Source of the DNA: an uncultured Bacteroidales bacterium
GTDB taxonomy: Bacteria; Bacteroidota; Bacteroidia; Bacteroidales; CAZJDA01
Reading direction: 5' to 3'
Assembly (NCBI GenBank): GCA_964544705.1
Contig: CAZJDA010000005.1
Span: 12,661 to 76,660 of the forward strand
DNA: 64,000 nt
Shown: positions 29,868-39,264 of the stretch, one piece after another
Layout: each line of letters begins with the position of its first letter
Position numbering within the stretch: the stretch's first letter is position 1
Made by a program: the position numbers and the translations under genes
The notes under the pieces: model-generated
What the model was told of the DNA's origin: nothing
Seen by the model: only the letters and a program-made list of their open reading frames with translations
The model's database searches: none

Positions 29868-29907
29868 TGTTTATTTTTTTTTATTAACTATATAAATTGT
29901 ATTGATT

Positions 29908-30177
29908 ATGGCATTTTTATTAAATGTATTATTACAAGCACAAGCAGTAGTAGACCTTACCCCATACGCTATAATGGGAGCAGGGTTTGGCGCTGCTATC
30001 TCGGTTATTGCTGCTGCTTATGGTATTGGAAACATTGGCCGTAGCGCTATTGAATCTATTGCACGCCAACCCGAGGCGGCAGGTGATATCAGGTCTAACA
30101 TGATTGTCTCTGCCGCGCTTATCGAAGGTGTTGCTTTTTTTGCTATTGTTGTTTGTTTGCTTATCCTTTTTGTTTGA
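29908..30177 (+). CDS. atpE: F0F1 ATP synthase subunit c
   Basis: ESIARQPEA is the loop and AALIEGVAFF carries the carboxylate. The ATG at 29908 is preferred over the TTG at 29902. Confidence 0.9.
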   Translation: MAFLLNVLLQAQAVVDLTPYAIMGAGFGAAISVIAAAYGIGNIGRSAIESIARQPEAAGDIRSNMIVSAALIEGVAFFAIVVCLLILFV

Positions 30178-30200
30178 TAAGCATAAAAAACATGTATGAA

Positions 30201-30312
30201 CTTAAGATCACCAACGGTTGGTTGGGATCTTAGGTTCTGTAATCAAAACAACCGGGGTTTACCCCGTTTCTCAAGATAAATGCTATAACAGCAGGGAGAA
30301 GCCCGCTGTTAT
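30201..30312 (+). promoter_or_regulatory. Three consecutive stem-loops in the 174-nt atpE-atpF spacer
   Basis: Hairpin 1 is at 30201-30233 (cttaagatcaccaac/gttgggatcttag). Hairpin 2 is at 30250-30268 (GC stem ccgggg-ttta-ccccg followed by tttc). Hairpin 3 is at 30285-30312 (ataacagc..gctgttat plus an inner ggg/ccc pairing). Confidence 0.5.
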
Positions 30313-30351
30313 CAAGAAATAAGAATATCAACAAACATAAAATAGGATAAA

Positions 30352-30846
30352 ATGGAACTTGTAAGTCCTGATTTGGGAACGTTTTTCTGGATGACCATCG
30401 TTTTTCTCATCCTGCTTTTTATTCTCGGCAAATTTGCTTGGAAACCCATCATGAAATCTCTTCATCAAAGGGAAGAAACTATTGACGAAGCCCTTATGCA
30501 AGCAGTAAGAGCCAGGGAGGAAATGGCATCCTTGGAAGCCAACAACAAGAAAATGATGCAAGAAGCCAGGCAAGAGAGAGATCAATTAATCAAAGAAGCT
30601 GAAATGATGAAGGAAGACATCATTAATGAAGCCAAAGATAAAGCATCTGAAGAAGCCAATAAACTCCTTGTTTCTGCAAAGGAAACTATACGTGGCGAAA
30701 GACATGCCGCCATAGAAGACTTGAAAGATCAACTGGCACAATTCTCTGTTGAGATAGCTGAAAAAATCTTAAGAGAAGAGTTATCCGATGACGACAAACA
30801 AAAACAACTGATCAACAATCTTTTAGATGATATTAATATTAACTAA
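30352..30846 (+). CDS. atpF: F0F1 ATP synthase subunit b
   Basis: 164 aa. A single N-terminal TM is followed by a long charged helix. Confidence 0.85.
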   Translation: MELVSPDLGTFFWMTIVFLILLFILGKFAWKPIMKSLHQREETIDEALMQAVRAREEMASLEANNKKMMQEARQERDQLIKEAEMMKEDIINEAKDKASEEANKLLVSAKETIRGERHAAIEDLKDQLAQFSVEIAEKILREELSDDDKQKQLINNLLDDININ

Positions 30847-30866
30847 AAGGTTAAAAAAAACTGGTA

Positions 30867-31406
30867 ATGTTAGGAAATAAGTTGGTAATAAGATACGCAA
30901 AAGCATTTTTTCAACTTGCTGTAGAAAATAACAGCTTGGATGAAGTTTATAACGACTGCTTACTTATACAAAAGTCTATAAAGGAAAATAAAGGTTTTGA
31001 TAATTTTCTTCAAAGCCCGGTAATAAAAACCGGGAAAAAAAACCAAATACTAGAAGCCATTTTTTCTGGCAAAATCAACCAGGTAACCCTGAGTTTTCTT
31101 ATGCTTATTGTGAGAAAAGGAAGGGAAAAATCCATCGTTGATATAGTCGTCCAATTTGTGAATTTATTTATGGATAAAAAGAACATCTTAGCTGCCAAGC
31201 TTACTACTGCACATAAAATTTCTGACGGATCAAAGGAAAGGATCGTTGCTTATCTTGCAAAAACCACCGGCAAAGAGATTGAATTAAGCCAAGCTATTGA
31301 CAAAGAGCTCATTGGAGGCTTTGTGATCAATTTTGACGATAAAATTATGGATGCAAGCATCAAGAAAAAGCTACAACAATTAAATAATCAATTTTTACGC
31401 AAATAA
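30867..31406 (+). CDS. atpH: F0F1 ATP synthase subunit delta
   Basis: 179 aa and OSCP-like (RYAKAFFQLA..LIGGFVI). Operon position agrees. Confidence 0.85.
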   Translation: MLGNKLVIRYAKAFFQLAVENNSLDEVYNDCLLIQKSIKENKGFDNFLQSPVIKTGKKNQILEAIFSGKINQVTLSFLMLIVRKGREKSIVDIVVQFVNLFMDKKNILAAKLTTAHKISDGSKERIVAYLAKTTGKEIELSQAIDKELIGGFVINFDDKIMDASIKKKLQQLNNQFLRK

Positions 31407-31418
31407 AAAAATAATATA

Positions 31419-33002
31419 ATGGCTGAAATTAAACCTGCTGAAATATCGGCGATATTAAAGAAGCAACTCTCTGAGTTTAAAGATGAGACCCAACTTGAAG
31501 AGATAGGTATAGTACTCCAGGTAGGTGATGGTATTGCAAGGGTTTATGGGTTGACCAATGTACAGTCTTCCGAATTGGTTGAATTTGAAAAAGATGGCAC
31601 AAAAGCCTTAGCCCTCAATCTTGAAACCGACAACGTAGGCCTTGTTTTACTTGCCGAATCAGACATCAAAGAAGGCGATATAGTGAAAAGAACAGGACGT
31701 ATCGGTTCTATTGATGTTAGTGAAGGGATGCTTGGCCGTGTTATCAATACCATTGGCGCGCCCATTGATGGAAAAGGGGATATTACCGGCGAAAAATTCC
31801 TGATGCCTATAGAAAGGAAAGCGCCAGGCGTGGTTTTTAGGCAACCTGTTAACGAACCCCTTCAAACGGGTATTAAGGCTATTGATGCGATGATACCGAT
31901 TGGACGAGGACAGCGTGAGCTCATCATTGGCGACAGGCAAACAGGGAAAACAGCCATTGCCATTGATGCCATCATTAATCAAAAGGAAAATTACGACAAA
32001 GGCGAACCGGTTTATTGTATTTATGTTGCTTGTGGGCAAAAAGGCTCTACGGTAGCCAACATTGTAAAAACCTTGGAAGACCATGGCGCCATGCCATACA
32101 CCATTGTTGTATCGGCAACAGCTTCCGACCCTGCCGCCATGCAGTATTTTGCCCCATATGCAGGCGCAGCTATTGGCGAATATTTCAGGGATACAGGAAG
32201 GCCAGCGTTGGTGATCTATGACGACCTCTCAAAACAAGCGGTTGCTTACCGAGAAATATCATTGCTCCTCAGGAGGCCCCCGGGACGTGAAGCCTACCCC
32301 GGGGATGTTTTTTACCTCCATTCCAGGTTATTGGAAAGAGCTGCAAAGGTTATTGAAGCCGATGAAATTGCATCACAAATGAACGACCTGCCGGAGTCAG
32401 TGGCACCCTATGTAAAAGGAGGCGGCTCATTAACTGCCCTCCCCATCATTGAAACACAAGCAGGCGATGTGTCAGCTTATATCCCTACAAACGTGATTTC
32501 CATTACCGATGGGCAGATATACTTGGAGCCAGACCTTTTCAACTCAGGTATCAGGCCAGCCATTAACGTAGGGATCTCAGTTTCCAGGGTGGGTGGTAAA
32601 GCCCAGATAAAATCCATGAAAAAAGTTGCAGGGACATTGAAGCTTGATCTTGCACAATATAGAGAGTTGGAAGCTTTCGCCAAATTCGGTTCCGACTTGG
32701 ATACTTCTACAAAAGCCGTGCTTAACAAAGGCGCCAGGAACGTGGAAATTCTTAAGCAGTTGCAGTATGTGCCCATGTCGGTTGAGAAACAAATCGCTAT
32801 TATTTATTGTGGGGTGAATAATTTATTGAAAAATATTCCAGAAGAAAAGATAACAGCTTTCGAAAAAGAATTTTTGCAATATATTAGCACCCATTTACAA
32901 GATGTGCTTCAAGTATTAAAATGCGGCAAACTCACAGAAGAAGCCCAACAAAGACTAGAAGAAGCAGCTAAACATGTTGGCGCCAATTATGAAACCAAAT
33001 AA
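31419..33002 (+). CDS. atpA: F0F1 ATP synthase subunit alpha
   Basis: 527 aa. Walker [51 protein letters not shown]. Confidence 0.97.
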   Translation: MAEIKPAEISAILKKQLSEFKDETQLEEIGIVLQVGDGIARVYGLTNVQSSELVEFEKDGTKALALNLETDNVGLVLLAESDIKEGDIVKRTGRIGSIDVSEGMLGRVINTIGAPIDGKGDITGEKFLMPIERKAPGVVFRQPVNEPLQTGIKAIDAMIPIGRGQRELIIGDRQTGKTAIAIDAIINQKENYDKGEPVYCIYVACGQKGSTVANIVKTLEDHGAMPYTIVVSATASDPAAMQYFAPYAGAAIGEYFRDTGRPALVIYDDLSKQAVAYREISLLLRRPPGREAYPGDVFYLHSRLLERAAKVIEADEIASQMNDLPESVAPYVKGGGSLTALPIIETQAGDVSAYIPTNVISITDGQIYLEPDLFNSGIRPAINVGISVSRVGGKAQIKSMKKVAGTLKLDLAQYRELEAFAKFGSDLDTSTKAVLNKGARNVEILKQLQYVPMSVEKQIAIIYCGVNNLLKNIPEEKITAFEKEFLQYISTHLQDVLQVLKCGKLTEEAQQRLEEAAKHVGANYETK

Positions 33003-33014
33003 TACATTGTTGTT

Positions 33015-34058
33015 ATGGCCAATTTAAAAGAGGTTAGAAACCGGATAACGTCCATTAATAATACCAAGCAGATCACCAGCGCCATGAAAATGGTTTCTGC
33101 TGCCAAACTGCGTAAAGCGCAGACAGGGTTGCTCAATTTTAGGCCTTATGCCCTTAAATTGCGCGGTATTTTGCTAGATATTACTGGTGATGTAAAGGAT
33201 TTTAGAAAATATCCATTACTGGAAGAAAGAGATGCTGAACGGGTATTAATGGTTACCATAGCTTCTAACAAAGGATTATGTGGCGCTTTTAACAATAACG
33301 TAATCAAAGCAACATCAAAAATTATCAACAACCAATTTGCAGCCCAATACGAAAGCGGCAACCTGGACATAATGACCTTTGGAAAAACTGTTACAACTTT
33401 TTTTAAAAAAAATGATTACAATGTGATAGCATCCCATGATGAAATATTTGATGACCTCAATTATAATAGTATTATTGAGATTGTTGACGGTTTCATCAAT
33501 CACTATTTAAAAAAACAATATGACCGTATTGAGTTGGTCTACAACAAATTTAAAAATCCGGCGGTACAAGTTGTTTCAACGGAACAGTTGCTGCCTGTAA
33601 AAGAAGATTTTTCTATGCGTGGCGAAGCTGTTAAGATCATGAGCGAGGAAGTGGAAGAGGCAGGTAAACGAAGGAGTAGGCCTACCGGTAAATCTTCCAA
33701 AATGGGCAGAAGTATCCCTAAAGAGATTGCTTTTGGCATGAAAACAGGAAAAGATATGGATTTTGGAGATGATAAGATTAAAGGCAGGATTTTAGACGAT
33801 TATATCTATGAACCAAATAAAGATACAATTGTTAATACCTTAATACCAAAAGCTCTTAAAGTCCAATTTTACAAAGTAATGTTAGAATCGAATGCTTCGG
33901 AGCACGGTGCCAGGATGACGGCCATGCACCAAGCCACCGAAAATGCAACAGAGATTATTAAGGACTTGAAACTTGAATACAATAAGGCAAGGCAAGCTGC
34001 CATTACCAACGAAATCATCGAAATTGTGAGTGGCGCTGAAGCATTAAAGAACGGGTAA
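33015..34058 (+). CDS. atpG: F0F1 ATP synthase subunit gamma, with a ~50-60 aa charged insertion
   Basis: 347 aa. The N-terminus is ITSINNTKQITSAMKMVSAAKLRKAQ and the C-terminus is YNKARQAAITNEIIEIVSGAEAL. About 65 residues lie between QLLPVKE and DYIYEP, against ~15 in E. coli. Confidence 0.9.
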   Translation: MANLKEVRNRITSINNTKQITSAMKMVSAAKLRKAQTGLLNFRPYALKLRGILLDITGDVKDFRKYPLLEERDAERVLMVTIASNKGLCGAFNNNVIKATSKIINNQFAAQYESGNLDIMTFGKTVTTFFKKNDYNVIASHDEIFDDLNYNSIIEIVDGFINHYLKKQYDRIELVYNKFKNPAVQVVSTEQLLPVKEDFSMRGEAVKIMSEEVEEAGKRRSRPTGKSSKMGRSIPKEIAFGMKTGKDMDFGDDKIKGRILDDYIYEPNKDTIVNTLIPKALKVQFYKVMLESNASEHGARMTAMHQATENATEIIKDLKLEYNKARQAAITNEIIEIVSGAEALKNG

Positions 34059-34094
34059 TTTATTGTTGAACTTTTAAAATAGAGGAAATTTGTT

Positions 34095-34607
34095 ATGCTA
34101 AACAAGAAAATTGAAGAAGCCATTAACAAGCAAATAAATGCAGAACTTTGGTCAGGGTATTTATACCTGTCAATGGCAGCTTATTTTGAAGATGAAAACC
34201 TGCCGGGTTTTGCTAACTGGATGAAGATACAATATGAAGAAGAAGTATCTCACGCCATGAAATTTTTCGACTACGTGAATGAACGTGGCGGGCGCGTTAT
34301 ATTGCAACCCATAGACAAGGTTGATACCGAATGGGACAACCCGGTGCATGCTTTTGAAGATACTTTAGATCACGAAAGAAAAGTAACCGGTTTGATTAAC
34401 AACTTGGTGGATTTGTCGAGAGAAGAAAACGACCATGCTACATTCAATATGTTGCAATGGTTTGTAGAGGAGCAAGTAGAAGAAGAAGCCAGCGCCGAGG
34501 ATATCCTGAACAAACTAAAAATGATTGACGGCAAAGGCCATGGACTGTTGATGATGGACAAAGAACTGGGCGCAAGAACCTTTACGCCGCCGGCAGACGA
34601 AGAATAG
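34095..34607 (+). CDS. ftnA: Non-haem ferritin
   Basis: 170 aa. The ferroxidase-centre context is INAELWSGYLYLSMAAYF..EEVSHAMKFFDY. Confidence 0.9.
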   Translation: MLNKKIEEAINKQINAELWSGYLYLSMAAYFEDENLPGFANWMKIQYEEEVSHAMKFFDYVNERGGRVILQPIDKVDTEWDNPVHAFEDTLDHERKVTGLINNLVDLSREENDHATFNMLQWFVEEQVEEEASAEDILNKLKMIDGKGHGLLMMDKELGARTFTPPADEE

Positions 34608-35131
34608 TTTTTTTCCTATTTTTATTATAAATGCCTGCCATATTTTTGGTGGGCATTATTTGGGGGGGATGGTTGAAATTAAAAATGTCTTTGATAAGAA
34701 AACGTCAAAGACAAGGCTTTCGAAGTTTTTGAAACCAAGGAGCCCCGACAGAATTGTTCGGGATGAATGTTTCAAAAACGAGTATAACGCAGTATTTGGC
34801 GTTTTCTTGCAAAGACAATATAAATATAAGCACAATGCGTTTATGAAGATGTTGCCAACAAGGCTGAGAAACATCCTGCATAAAAGAAACTGATTTGATT
34901 TCTTAAATAACAAAACTTCTTATTTAAGAAAATTGATAATTATTTAAACCTATTTAGATAAAGCCCAGTTAGCAACACGCAATATACATAAGCCGGGGGG
35001 AGTGAGTAATTTTAACTTCTGTACCTTTACTCAAAATTCGCAACGGTTTGACAGGTTGGAGCTTCGAAATCTTGGCCTACGCATATTGCAAACCGTTTTG
35101 GCGGGAATTTAAAAATCAAAATCAGAAAAAT

Positions 35132-35221
35132 ATGAAATATAAAGGTTCAATTAACATTAGTAAACCACAATCCAAAGTGGCAGAACTATTTGCTGACCCT
35201 GACAACTTAAAGGAGTATTAG
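35132..35221 (+). pseudogene. Possible 5' remnant of an SRPBCC-family gene (29 codons, then TAG)
   Basis: MKYKGSINISKPQSKVAELFADPDNLKEY resembles SRPBCC/AHSA1-type N-termini. It stops prematurely and runs into the 3' end of the convergent kinase gene. Confidence 0.35.
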
Positions 35222-35279
35222 GACGTAATTTCAGGAAAAAGAGAAAGAGATAAAAAACACTGGATAATTTCTTCCTATA

Positions 35280-38231
35280 CTATGTTTGAGAACCTCTATC
35301 TATCCATTTATACAAAGTCGCTACCAATTTTTCCTTGGTAACTGGTTTTTCAAGATAGTCGTCCATGCCTAATTTAATAAACCGTTGTGCATCTCCTTCT
35401 AATGCATGGGCGCTTAAGCCAATAACAGGAACCAAGTTGGGATGTTTTTCTTTGAGTTTGTTCATGGCTGTAATACCATCCATCTTTGGCATCATGATAT
35501 CCATGAATATTAAGTTATATTTTCCATCCTCGTATAATTCAAGGGCTTCTTCTCCATTATTGGCAATATCAACCTCGCAGCCATACTTTTCAAATATCAA
35601 CTGAACAATTTTTTGATTGATATACTTGTCTTCAACAAGTAAAATCTTTGTTTTATCACCAGCTTCCCTGTTTTTATATAATGATTTATCTTTTCCTGGA
35701 AAGGTATTTGCTTTTTCCATGGTAAAAGTGAACCAAAATACGCTTCCTTTGCCTTCTTTGCTTTTAACACCTATTTCACCATTCATCAATTCAACAAGTT
35801 TTTTGGTAATAGAAAGCCCAAGCCCTGTTCCTTCTCTAAGCCTGGTGTTTGTATCATCCACCCTGGAAAATGTCTCGAATATCGTTTCAACATGCTTATC
35901 ACGAATACCAATGCCCGTGTCTTTCACAAAAATCTTACCCTCAATAGTATCATCCTCAATTTTACTTGTTTCCAGGATAAATTCTATCTTTCCCTTTTCA
36001 GTATACTTTACTGCATTAGATAAAAGATTGGTAATAATTTGCCTGAACCTGTTCTTATCGCCATTAACAAATTCTGGGAAACTACTATCAATATAATAAC
36101 TCATTGTCACATCATTTTCATCTGCTTTGAACCGGAAGTATTCTATTTCTTGCTCAATGAGTTTGATTAAATTAAAATGCTCGAAAGTAAGTTGAATTTT
36201 GCCTTCTTCAATGCGTGAAATATCGAGGATATCATTAACAAGGTTTAGCAAAGTATCTGAAGATTCCTTAATAAATCCCGTATACTCCATTTGTCTTTTA
36301 TCCAAATGTGTTTCCATTAAAAGATTTGTAAAACCAATGATTCCTGATAATGGTGTGCGCATATCATGGCTCATATTGGCAATAAAATGCTGCTTCACTT
36401 GGTTTGCCCTTTGTGCAATTTCCTTTTCTCTTTTTAACTTTTCTGTGTTGGTACGCCTCGTAATATCCCTTATATACGACTGCAGCCTTCCATCACCAAC
36501 CTTCCTGGTGTTCATTTCTATATGAACGATGGTTTTGTCCTTTTTTATCATATTCCTTTCCTTAAGAACCGTTTTGCCGTCAAGGACAGTATCATATTGC
36601 AAGGGTTTACTATCCAGTTCGTCTTTCGGGAACAACATGGAAATACTGCTGCCAATAAGTTCGCTTTTATTATAACCAGACATTTCGCAGATGTTTGTAT
36701 TAGCATCTATGATGGTTCCATCTTCAACTCCTACAAGAATTCCATCTGCCGCTTGTTCAAAGAGGGCTTTATATTTTTCTTTGCTAGAGCGAATTTCTTT
36801 TTCATTTTTCTTTTTATCAGTAATATCAATAACAGAAATAAGTCCTGAAGGTTTTCCTTCAAAGGTGATAGAACCTCCTTCAATAAAAACCCATTTCACT
36901 TCATTATCCCTGGTAAGGATCTTAAGTTCATAGCGTACGATGGTTTGTTTACCTTTTTGCCTTTTAAATCCGCGCTCTTTCACAACCTCTTGGTATTCAG
37001 GGGTTACAAATTCCCAAAAATACATATTCTTTAATTCATCCAGTTTGTATCCACAGATATCTTCTGCGGCAGAATTTGCGTATACCCAAACATCATCGCT
37101 ATAAACCATGATTCCTACGGATGTTGTTTCTGCAAGGGTACGGAATTTTTCTTCGCTATCGCGTAGTTGCTTTTCTTTATAATATTTCTCGGTTTCGTCG
37201 CGAAACACCAAAACTACACCTACAATATTGCCATCTTTATCCATGATAGGCGCTCCACTATCAGCAATTTGATATTCTTTTCCATCTTTAGAAATAAGCG
37301 CTGTATGATTGGCAAGGCCAACAACTTTACCTGTATCAAAAACCCTTTTTACTGGATTAACAGCAGGCATCCTTGTGATAGCATTTATAATATTAAAAAC
37401 CTGCGATAGGGGTTTGTTATGTGCTTCCTTAAATGTGTAACCTGTAAGTTTTTCGGCCACAGGGTTCATATTCACAATTATTCCATTCAAATCTGTTGAT
37501 ATAACGGCATCACCAATAGAAAGCAAGGTTGTTTTAATTCTTTCTCTTGAGTTGAATAGTTCAGAAGTGCGTTTTCTTACTATATCATTCAATTTTCTGC
37601 TGGTATAAACCATAATAGAAATGGCAGCGATAAATACTAAAACCGCAATGGATACAGGCAATACCCGCAGAAAAACCAAGTAGTTCCAATTGTTAGCTTC
37701 ATAGTCCATTCCTAATACAGCGATTATGTTTTGGTTTACCGGGTTTTTTATTGGTATCAAAGCTGTCATAAGCTTGCCCCATCTGTCGGTTATTGGGCCA
37801 ACAACCACCTCTGACCCATGATTAAAGGCAGGCATATAGCCGTTTGGCACTTCATGATAAACCAAACCAGGCGGAGCATAATCACTTGAAAGCTTATCTT
37901 GCGAGTCTACTAAGAAGACAACTTTTCCATCCCCGGTTTTTTTCATTAAATATAAAAACTTACAACCGGGTGTAGATGTTCTTGAATATTTTAATTGGTG
38001 CTTGATCCTCCGATAATCAGCTCTCCCCTCATCTTCAATTTTCCCGGAAAGGCTCTTCAATCTTTTTATATTGATAGAACTGGCAACAATCCTGGCTTTT
38101 GACAACAATTCCTCTTGCATTTCATAGTTTGTGCGCCTTACAAACCAAAAAACAAATGAAACTCCTATTAGAATAATAAATATTAAAACTATGTAGCTAC
38201 TGCTTATGTTATTTATAATTTTTTTTACCAT
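35280..38231 (-). CDS. Hybrid sensor histidine kinase/response regulator with a periplasmic sensor domain and multiple PAS domains
   Basis: 983 aa. There are two TM segments flanking a ~170 aa extracytoplasmic domain and three PAS-like segments. The H-box is FIANMSHDMRTPL. HATPase motifs GTGLGLSI and an N-box are present. The C-terminal REC domain is ILLVEDKYINQ..FMDIMMPKMDG. Confidence 0.9.
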   Translation of the reverse strand: MVKKIINNISSSYIVLIFIILIGVSFVFWFVRRTNYEMQEELLSKARIVASSINIKRLKSLSGKIEDEGRADYRRIKHQLKYSRTSTPGCKFLYLMKKTGDGKVVFLVDSQDKLSSDYAPPGLVYHEVPNGYMPAFNHGSEVVVGPITDRWGKLMTALIPIKNPVNQNIIAVLGMDYEANNWNYLVFLRVLPVSIAVLVFIAAISIMVYTSRKLNDIVRKRTSELFNSRERIKTTLLSIGDAVISTDLNGIIVNMNPVAEKLTGYTFKEAHNKPLSQVFNIINAITRMPAVNPVKRVFDTGKVVGLANHTALISKDGKEYQIADSGAPIMDKDGNIVGVVLVFRDETEKYYKEKQLRDSEEKFRTLAETTSVGIMVYSDDVWVYANSAAEDICGYKLDELKNMYFWEFVTPEYQEVVKERGFKRQKGKQTIVRYELKILTRDNEVKWVFIEGGSITFEGKPSGLISVIDITDKKKNEKEIRSSKEKYKALFEQAADGILVGVEDGTIIDANTNICEMSGYNKSELIGSSISMLFPKDELDSKPLQYDTVLDGKTVLKERNMIKKDKTIVHIEMNTRKVGDGRLQSYIRDITRRTNTEKLKREKEIAQRANQVKQHFIANMSHDMRTPLSGIIGFTNLLMETHLDKRQMEYTGFIKESSDTLLNLVNDILDISRIEEGKIQLTFEHFNLIKLIEQEIEYFRFKADENDVTMSYYIDSSFPEFVNGDKNRFRQIITNLLSNAVKYTEKGKIEFILETSKIEDDTIEGKIFVKDTGIGIRDKHVETIFETFSRVDDTNTRLREGTGLGLSITKKLVELMNGEIGVKSKEGKGSVFWFTFTMEKANTFPGKDKSLYKNREAGDKTKILLVEDKYINQKIVQLIFEKYGCEVDIANNGEEALELYEDGKYNLIFMDIMMPKMDGITAMNKLKEKHPNLVPVIGLSAHALEGDAQRFIKLGMDDYLEKPVTKEKLVATLYKWIDRGSQT

Positions 38232-38383
38232 TCGAAATGCTTATTTAAAATAATAAAATCAATTATACGAAAAATTCATCTCATAACCATAAGTATTTTT
38301 ACTGAATAGATAAAAAACAAATATATTTCCATTAGCTAATAAATAGTAATGGTATTATTTTAATAAAATTAATGGGACATGAA

Positions 38384-39091
38384 TTAACTATCTGCACAAG
38401 TATTGCTAATCTTGTACAATATGTCTTTATTTAAGATTTTAATGGTCTTGGTTTTTACTTCAATGATCTTGTCTTGGGCAAAATCATGGAACATTCGTGT
38501 AACGGTTTCTCTTGTTGTGCCGATAAAAGCTCCTAATTCGCTGCGGGTTAAAGGGAGTTGGAACTCATCCTTTTCAAAAATATAATCGGAAAAATATATT
38601 AATGCTTCAGAGAAACAAGCGGTAAGCTGGTTTTGGGTTTTGTTTACGCAACGTTTAAAATGCGAAATAATGTCGTTGCTTAAGGTAACGATGATCTCTG
38701 TAGCAAATTTCCCGTTCTTCTCAATAAAATTCTTAAAAGTATTGAGGTCAATAAAACATGCATCTATATCTTGCAAAGCTGTTACAGAATATTTGTGTAC
38801 ACGGTCGGCAAACACCGATGGAATTCCGGCAAAAGTAGGCCCTTTTTCAATTTTTAATATCTCCTCACGTTTCAATGGCCCGGTTAGGTGTATTTTTACT
38901 AAGCCGGATTTAATAAATACAATATTGGTGGTAAAAGCACCTTGTTTTATTATCTTTTCTCCAGCATTGAATTCTATATTTACACTGTTATCGCACAGCA
39001 ATTTTACCTCTTTATCTTCCAAGCTGGAAACAGGTTCAGCCTTTACCATGCATCGGATACACTGGCATTCTCCTTTTTTGTTTTTAACCAT
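38384..39091 (-). CDS. Crp/Fnr-family transcriptional regulator with an N-terminal Cys cluster (FNR-like)
   Basis: The start is taken at MVKNKKGECQCIRCMVK (39091). It has a cNMP-like beta-barrel and the C-terminal HTH RSELGAFIGTTRETVTRMFHDF. In the 235-aa form, Cys are at 9, 11, 14, 33 and 112. Confidence 0.85.
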   Translation of the reverse strand: MVKNKKGECQCIRCMVKAEPVSSLEDKEVKLLCDNSVNIEFNAGEKIIKQGAFTTNIVFIKSGLVKIHLTGPLKREEILKIEKGPTFAGIPSVFADRVHKYSVTALQDIDACFIDLNTFKNFIEKNGKFATEIIVTLSNDIISHFKRCVNKTQNQLTACFSEALIYFSDYIFEKDEFQLPLTRSELGAFIGTTRETVTRMFHDFAQDKIIEVKTKTIKILNKDILYKISNTCADS

Positions 39092-39158
39092 CTCAAATAA
39101 TTCAATGTAACTCGATACAAAGTTAAGAATAATAAATGTGACTTCGCTCACATTACAG

Positions 39159-39174
39159 TGTAATATATTTCACA
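39159..39174. promoter_or_regulatory. CRP/FNR-type palindrome TGTAA-N6-TCACA in the divergent crp / dsrE-like intergenic region
   Basis: TGTAATATATTTCACA has one mismatch to TGTGA-N6-TCACA. It lies 68 nt upstream of the crp ATG (39091) and 91 nt upstream of the dsrE-like ATG (39265). Confidence 0.45.
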
Positions 39175-39202
39175 TCAGTGCTTGGTATATCTCACGCAGC
39201 AT

Positions 39203-39236
39203 TTTGAAAAAGATATTTGTTTTTACCCCATTTTTG
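39203..39236 (+). promoter_or_regulatory. Candidate promoter for the dsrE-tusA-mvhD operon (-33 TTTG, near-consensus -7 CATTTTTG)
   Basis: TTTG is at 39203-39206 and cATTTTTG at 39229-39236, with a 22-nt spacer. It lies 29 nt upstream of the ATG. Confidence 0.35.
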
Positions 39237-39264
39237 TTAATTAAATAACACAAAAATATATCCT

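Noticed and set aside
28752-34058. Absence of atpD (beta) and atpC (epsilon) from the atp operon
   Set aside because: A split arrangement, with atpDC elsewhere in the genome, is the usual organisation in Bacteroidota. It is not evidence of a defective or unusual enzyme.
34656-34913. Mutually antisense 77-aa (+) and 85-aa (-) ORFs downstream of ferritin
   Set aside because: There are no recognisable motifs. The sequence is AT-rich and the two ORFs overlap each other completely. The coding potential is unconvincing.
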